A DNA stretch of 64,000 nt, from positions 137,618-201,617 of the forward strand of contig JANRKO010000019.1 of NCBI GenBank assembly GCA_033763455.1. Direction: 5' to 3'. This stretch comes from Polyangiaceae bacterium (GTDB lineage Bacteria; Myxococcota_A; Polyangia; Polyangiales; Polyangiaceae). Under the pieces are notes generated by a model. It did no database searches, had not been told where the DNA came from, and saw nothing but the letters and a program-made list of their open reading frames with translations. The position numbers and the translations under genes were made by a program. This document shows, in pieces, positions 60,162 to 64,000 of the stretch. Every line of letters begins with the position of its first letter. Positions within the stretch are counted from its first letter, which is position 1.

Positions 60162-61573
60162 CATCTTCGTTGGCGCAGTTCGGGGTTTCCGAGGCCATTT
60201 CCTCGGAAGAGCCTCTTTCACGCTGGGTAGCGCGGGAGCTTGAACGACTCAAGGATGCGGCGTTGGTGGTCCTTGGTGTGCCCGCACCGCGCGTATCGTT
60301 GGACCGCTTTCTGGCACTAGTTAAAGACGAAGAAGCACTGCTTTGGGACCCTCCGGGTGAGCCGGGTTTTGCCGGAGCCGGTTGTGCGCGTGAAGTGCGA
60401 GCCCAGGGGCCCTCGCGTTTCGTTGAAGCTCAGCAACTAGCTCGTTCCCTGTTCGCTTCAGTAAAGAGTGCCCACCGCGAGCGCCCTAACGAGGGTTTGG
60501 CCCTGCTTTTTGGTGGGTTTTCCTGCTTTCCGAACCAGGCGCTAGATGCTCTCTGGCAAAGCTTTGGCGAAGCGCGGTTTGTTTTGCCGCGAATCTTGTA
60601 CAAGTTGCACAGCGACGGCACGGCAACGTTCGGCGTCACCTGCGACCTCGATTCCAAGCACTCACCCGCAGAGCTGGTGCGCTCCACTGTCGGCACCATT
60701 ACCGAGTGGCTCGAGAGACTGAATGATGGGACCTCGGCTCCATTGCCTCAGGAGCGCACCCCCTCCATCTTGGAACAGAACGAACTTGGGGAGGCCGAGT
60801 GGGGTTCGCTCGTGGGCCAAATTAGCCGGAATATTGAGGCGAAAACGGTAGAAAAAGTGGTCGCCGCGCGACGTAGCTCGCTGCAAATTTCCCCCACACC
60901 CGAGTGGCGCGACGTACTTCTGCGCCTCGCCGGAGACAATAATTCCTGCACGCGCTTCGCGCTCCATCACGCTGATTGTACATTCCTCGGCGCCACCCCC
61001 GAACGGCTGATCCGTAAGTTTGGCACGCACTTCGACACTGAAGCTCTCGCGGGCTCTGCGCGGTCCGGCGCGGAGAGCGCCCAAATGCTGCTTGGCAGCC
61101 AAAAAGATCTCGAAGAGCACGCCATCGTGGTGCGTGAAATCAAGCGTTCGCTCGGCCCATTCGCCGCCGAGCTCACGGCTCCCGGCACCCCCAGCGTCCA
61201 CGCGCTGCATTACGTTTCCCACCTCCGCACGCCGATCGAGGGCACGCTTCGAGCTTCCACGCATATCTTGGATCTTGTAGCTGCCTTGCATCCCACCCCT
61301 GCGGTTGGCGGCGTCCCCAAGGCTGACGCAGAACGCTTGATCTTGGCGAACGAGCGCGATCGCCGGGGCTGGTACGCTGGCCCCATCGGCTGGTTCGATC
61401 GGCATGGAGACGGCTCATTCGCCGTGGCGCTGAGGTCCGCATTGCTAGAAAGCAACTATGCACACCTCTATGCGGGAGCGGGTATCGTCCGTGGTTCAGA
61501 TCCTCACGCCGAATACCAGGAAACACAGTTGAAGCTGCAGGGCTTGCTGCGTGCACTCGGGGTCAGTGCGTGA
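60158..61573 (+). CDS. menF: isochorismate synthase
   Basis: Chorismate-binding C-terminus (GGVPKADAERLI...LYAGAGIV). The GTG start overlaps the ubiE stop. Confidence 0.8.
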   Translation: MTSSLAQFGVSEAISSEEPLSRWVARELERLKDAALVVLGVPAPRVSLDRFLALVKDEEALLWDPPGEPGFAGAGCAREVRAQGPSRFVEAQQLARSLFASVKSAHRERPNEGLALLFGGFSCFPNQALDALWQSFGEARFVLPRILYKLHSDGTATFGVTCDLDSKHSPAELVRSTVGTITEWLERLNDGTSAPLPQERTPSILEQNELGEAEWGSLVGQISRNIEAKTVEKVVAARRSSLQISPTPEWRDVLLRLAGDNNSCTRFALHHADCTFLGATPERLIRKFGTHFDTEALAGSARSGAESAQMLLGSQKDLEEHAIVVREIKRSLGPFAAELTAPGTPSVHALHYVSHLRTPIEGTLRASTHILDLVAALHPTPAVGGVPKADAERLILANERDRRGWYAGPIGWFDRHGDGSFAVALRSALLESNYAHLYAGAGIVRGSDPHAEYQETQLKLQGLLRALGVSA

Positions 61574-63321
61574 CGGAGCCGAGCCCTCAAGCTGAGTGGG
61601 CTCGTTTGTTGTTTGGCAGCTTTGCGCAAGCGGGCGTTCAAGATGTGGTGATAAGCCCTGGGTCTCGTTCCACACCCTTCGTGTGGGCGGCGATCCATAC
61701 CGAAAACTTGCGTTGCCATACCATTCTGGATGAGCGCTCAGCCGCATTTTTTGCTCTCGGACAGGCCAAATTGTCAGGCAAGCCAACCCTGCTCTTGTGC
61801 ACTTCCGGCACCGCGTTAGCGCACTACTTCCCTGCCATAATCGAGTCCCGGTTAACGTCTACTCCGCTGGTGGTGCTGAGTGCGGATCGCCCCTTCGAGC
61901 TCCAAGCCGCAAAAGCTCCGCAAACGATCGACCAGGTGAAAATCTTTGGAGATTTCGCCGAATATTTCGAACTCGGCACGCCCGAAGCTCGGTCCGAAGC
62001 TCTGCATTTTGTGCGCCGGCTGGCCTTTCAAGCCGTGCTCTCGGCCCAGGCTCCCGGCGGGCGGCCCAGCCACGTCAACGCACGCGCCAGAAAGCCACTA
62101 GAGCCCCAGAGCTTCCCTGAACTGCACTCACAGGTTTCGGCGCTGCTCGCTCTAGGCCCGCCCCCACACGCGAAGGCTGCGCAAAGCTGCTCAATTCCCC
62201 CGGTTTTGTCCGAGCAATTGCGCGATGCAACGCAAGGATTGCTGTTTTCAGGGCCAGAAGCTCCGGCCCATTCTGGCTATATAGGGAAGCTATTGGAGCT
62301 CGCTCGCCGCACCGGGTGGCCTATCGTTGTCGACGCCGCGAGCCCCCTTCGTTTTCTCGGGCCAGAAAGCGTACCGCCAGGCGTCACGTTGCTCGGGTTT
62401 GCAGAATGGTTCTTGCCAAACCTCGCTCAACACTTTGAGCCCGAGGTCGCAATCCATTTCGGCGAGCCAATGGTCCCAACTTCGCTTCAGGCTTGCGCCA
62501 AAAGCTGGGTGAACACCCAATTTTATGCCGCTTCAGTGAGCTTTTGGAACGATCCCGAGAACCGCGCAGCACAACTACCGAGCCAGCCCGAAGCTTTGCT
62601 GAATGCGCTTCTGGAGCAAGCGCCTGAGCTCGCGTTGCCCGCTGCCGCAAAATACGCCGCTAAGCTTCAGTCCCTGGAGTCTCGCGCCGCTGCTGCTGTT
62701 GAACAGGCTATTGCCACACAGACGCATTTTTCTGAAAGTCAAGCCGTACGCCTCGTTGCTCATGCGCTTCCCAAAGGGTCGCTTTTGGTCCTCGGCAACA
62801 GCTTACCTATTCGCGATTTCGGGGCGTTTGTTGCTCGCTCAGCTGCAGAGGTGCAAGTGCTCTCCCAACGCGGTGCCAACGGGATTGATGGCCTGCTTTC
62901 CGGTGCAGCGGGGGCCGCAAGCGTTTTTGGAAAGCCCACTACGTTAGTGTTGGGGGATTTGAGCTTTGTTCATGATTTGGGCGGGCTTTGGAGTTGCCAA
63001 GCCATCAGAACCCCAGTTGTTATAGTGGTTATCGACAACGGGGGCGGAAGGATCTTCGAACAATTGCCCATCCAGCGAAGTGCGGGGATGTCGCAAGAGA
63101 AGCTCCAGCATTGGGTGCTCGATCACTCCCTGAAGCTCGACCACGCCGCCGCCGTATTTGGGCTCCCTGCCCACCGCATCTCCACAGCTCAGGAGTTGGA
63201 GCAGGCCCTCAAGCTCTCCTACGCACACGCGGGAGCCAGCTTACTGGTGGTGAGTGTGGCACCCCACGGCGCCGAGGAAGCAAACCAACGCGTCCGTGCG
63301 CTGTTAGCAGGCGATGGCTAA
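61570..63321 (+). CDS. menD: 2-succinyl-5-enolpyruvyl-6-hydroxy-3-cyclohexene-1-carboxylate synthase (TPP enzyme)
   Basis: MenD N-terminus ...QDVVISPGSRSTP and TPP-binding GDLSFVHDLGG...IDNGGG. Confidence 0.85.
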   Translation: MTEPSPQAEWARLLFGSFAQAGVQDVVISPGSRSTPFVWAAIHTENLRCHTILDERSAAFFALGQAKLSGKPTLLLCTSGTALAHYFPAIIESRLTSTPLVVLSADRPFELQAAKAPQTIDQVKIFGDFAEYFELGTPEARSEALHFVRRLAFQAVLSAQAPGGRPSHVNARARKPLEPQSFPELHSQVSALLALGPPPHAKAAQSCSIPPVLSEQLRDATQGLLFSGPEAPAHSGYIGKLLELARRTGWPIVVDAASPLRFLGPESVPPGVTLLGFAEWFLPNLAQHFEPEVAIHFGEPMVPTSLQACAKSWVNTQFYAASVSFWNDPENRAAQLPSQPEALLNALLEQAPELALPAAAKYAAKLQSLESRAAAAVEQAIATQTHFSESQAVRLVAHALPKGSLLVLGNSLPIRDFGAFVARSAAEVQVLSQRGANGIDGLLSGAAGAASVFGKPTTLVLGDLSFVHDLGGLWSCQAIRTPVVIVVIDNGGGRIFEQLPIQRSAGMSQEKLQHWVLDHSLKLDHAAAVFGLPAHRISTAQELEQALKLSYAHAGASLLVVSVAPHGAEEANQRVRALLAGDG

Positions 63322-64000
63322 CCTTCAGAATTTTGTGCTGCTCCACGGATTTTTGGGCGCACCAGAAGTCTTCCGTGATGTGAAAGGTTACGTGGAGGGA
63401 GCGCTGAACGCCAACTGCTCCTTCTACACCCCCACGCTGAGTGGTCACGCGGGTGTGCCCGCGGCATGTGCTGATTTTGAAGCCGAAGTAACGCGGCTCC
63501 TGGCGGCGATCCCGAATCCCTCCCCACACGCGCGACTTCACCTTGTCGGGTATTCGCTGGGCGGGCGTTTGGCACTCGGGATGGCCCTCCGGCAACCCGC
63601 GCGTTTTAATTCACTCTGTTTGATCAGTGCGCACCCAGGGCTCACGGAGTCTGCTGCACGTGAGGAACGCTGCCGCTCCGACGAAACCTGGGCCTGCTTG
63701 CTGGAAGCCCACGGGTTGAAGGCGTTTGTCGAAGCGTGGCAAAAACAGCCGCTTTTCTCGTCTCAAACGCTGTTAAGTGAGAGCGTCCTAGCCGAGCAAC
63801 AGCGGATAAGGCTGCGCCACGAGCCGAGCGATCTAGCCCAAGCTATGCGGCGGTTGAGCCTTGGGCGGATGCCGAACTACGCGGAGCGGCTTGGGGAACT
63901 TCGCTTGCCTGTCCAGTTGGTTACGGGTGCCCTTGATGCAAAATTTCAAGCCATAGCCCAATCCATGAGTCAGGCATTGCCGGCAGCAACACACCACTCC
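63314..64000 (+). CDS. menH: alpha/beta hydrolase MenH-like (SHCHC synthase), 3' end truncated by the window
   Basis: LLHGFLG, the GYSLGGR nucleophile elbow; the start overlaps the menD stop. Confidence 0.65.
   Translation, partial: MANLQNFVLLHGFLGAPEVFRDVKGYVEGALNANCSFYTPTLSGHAGVPAACADFEAEVTRLLAAIPNPSPHARLHLVGYSLGGRLALGMALRQPARFNSLCLISAHPGLTESAAREERCRSDETWACLLEAHGLKAFVEAWQKQPLFSSQTLLSESVLAEQQRIRLRHEPSDLAQAMRRLSLGRMPNYAERLGELRLPVQLVTGALDAKFQAIAQSMSQALPAATHHS

Overview
This is a high-GC (~65%) bacterial chromosomal window, most likely from a Myxococcota/deltaproteobacterial-type genome, densely packed with about 55 genes on both strands.

Recognisable blocks, in order:
- Start of transketolase (partial), mltG and ruvX on the minus strand.
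- An aromatic-repeat secreted protein and argC.
- An S8 subtilase lipoprotein followed immediately by a lipoprotein carrying three I9 (subtilisin-propeptide)-like repeats.
- DUF4336; a DUF4143 AAA ATPase preceded by a perfect 31-bp palindrome; SDR and LarA-like genes; DUF1285; a Uma2 endonuclease with a heptad-repeat tail.
- An M50 protease, an L,D-transpeptidase and thiS.
- A complete minus-strand kdpF-A-B-C-D-E potassium-transport operon.
- gamma-carbonic anhydrase, miaB, an acyl-CoA ligase and an SPFH protein.
- About 1.1 kb without protein genes, holding tRNA-like cloverleaf elements on the minus strand; one folds almost fully and has a CUA anticodon.
- A PA14 protein.
- A ~10-kb tandem double copy of the circularly-permuted ATP-grasp / alpha-E / transglutaminase module, including a 1129-aa transglutaminase and an ATP-grasp::alpha-E fusion.
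- A LamG lipoprotein and a (GEGKC)n Cys-repeat lipoprotein.
- A CymR(Rrf2)-cysK-ThiF/MoeZ-cysO-orf-cysM-mec cluster for CysO-thiocarboxylate cysteine biosynthesis.
- Two translationally coupled large secreted proteins of unknown function.
- A histone-H1-like protein, a UvrD-family helicase, a C45 peptidase and a CcmH-like protein.
- The start of a menaquinone operon: ubiE/menG-menF-menD-menH.

No CRISPR array, rRNA, transposase or integrase was seen.

The best candidate for an undescribed system is the duplicated ATP-grasp / alpha-E / transglutaminase locus. The S8 protease with its I9-repeat lipoprotein, the coupled pair of secreted proteins, and the tRNA-like cluster are secondary candidates.
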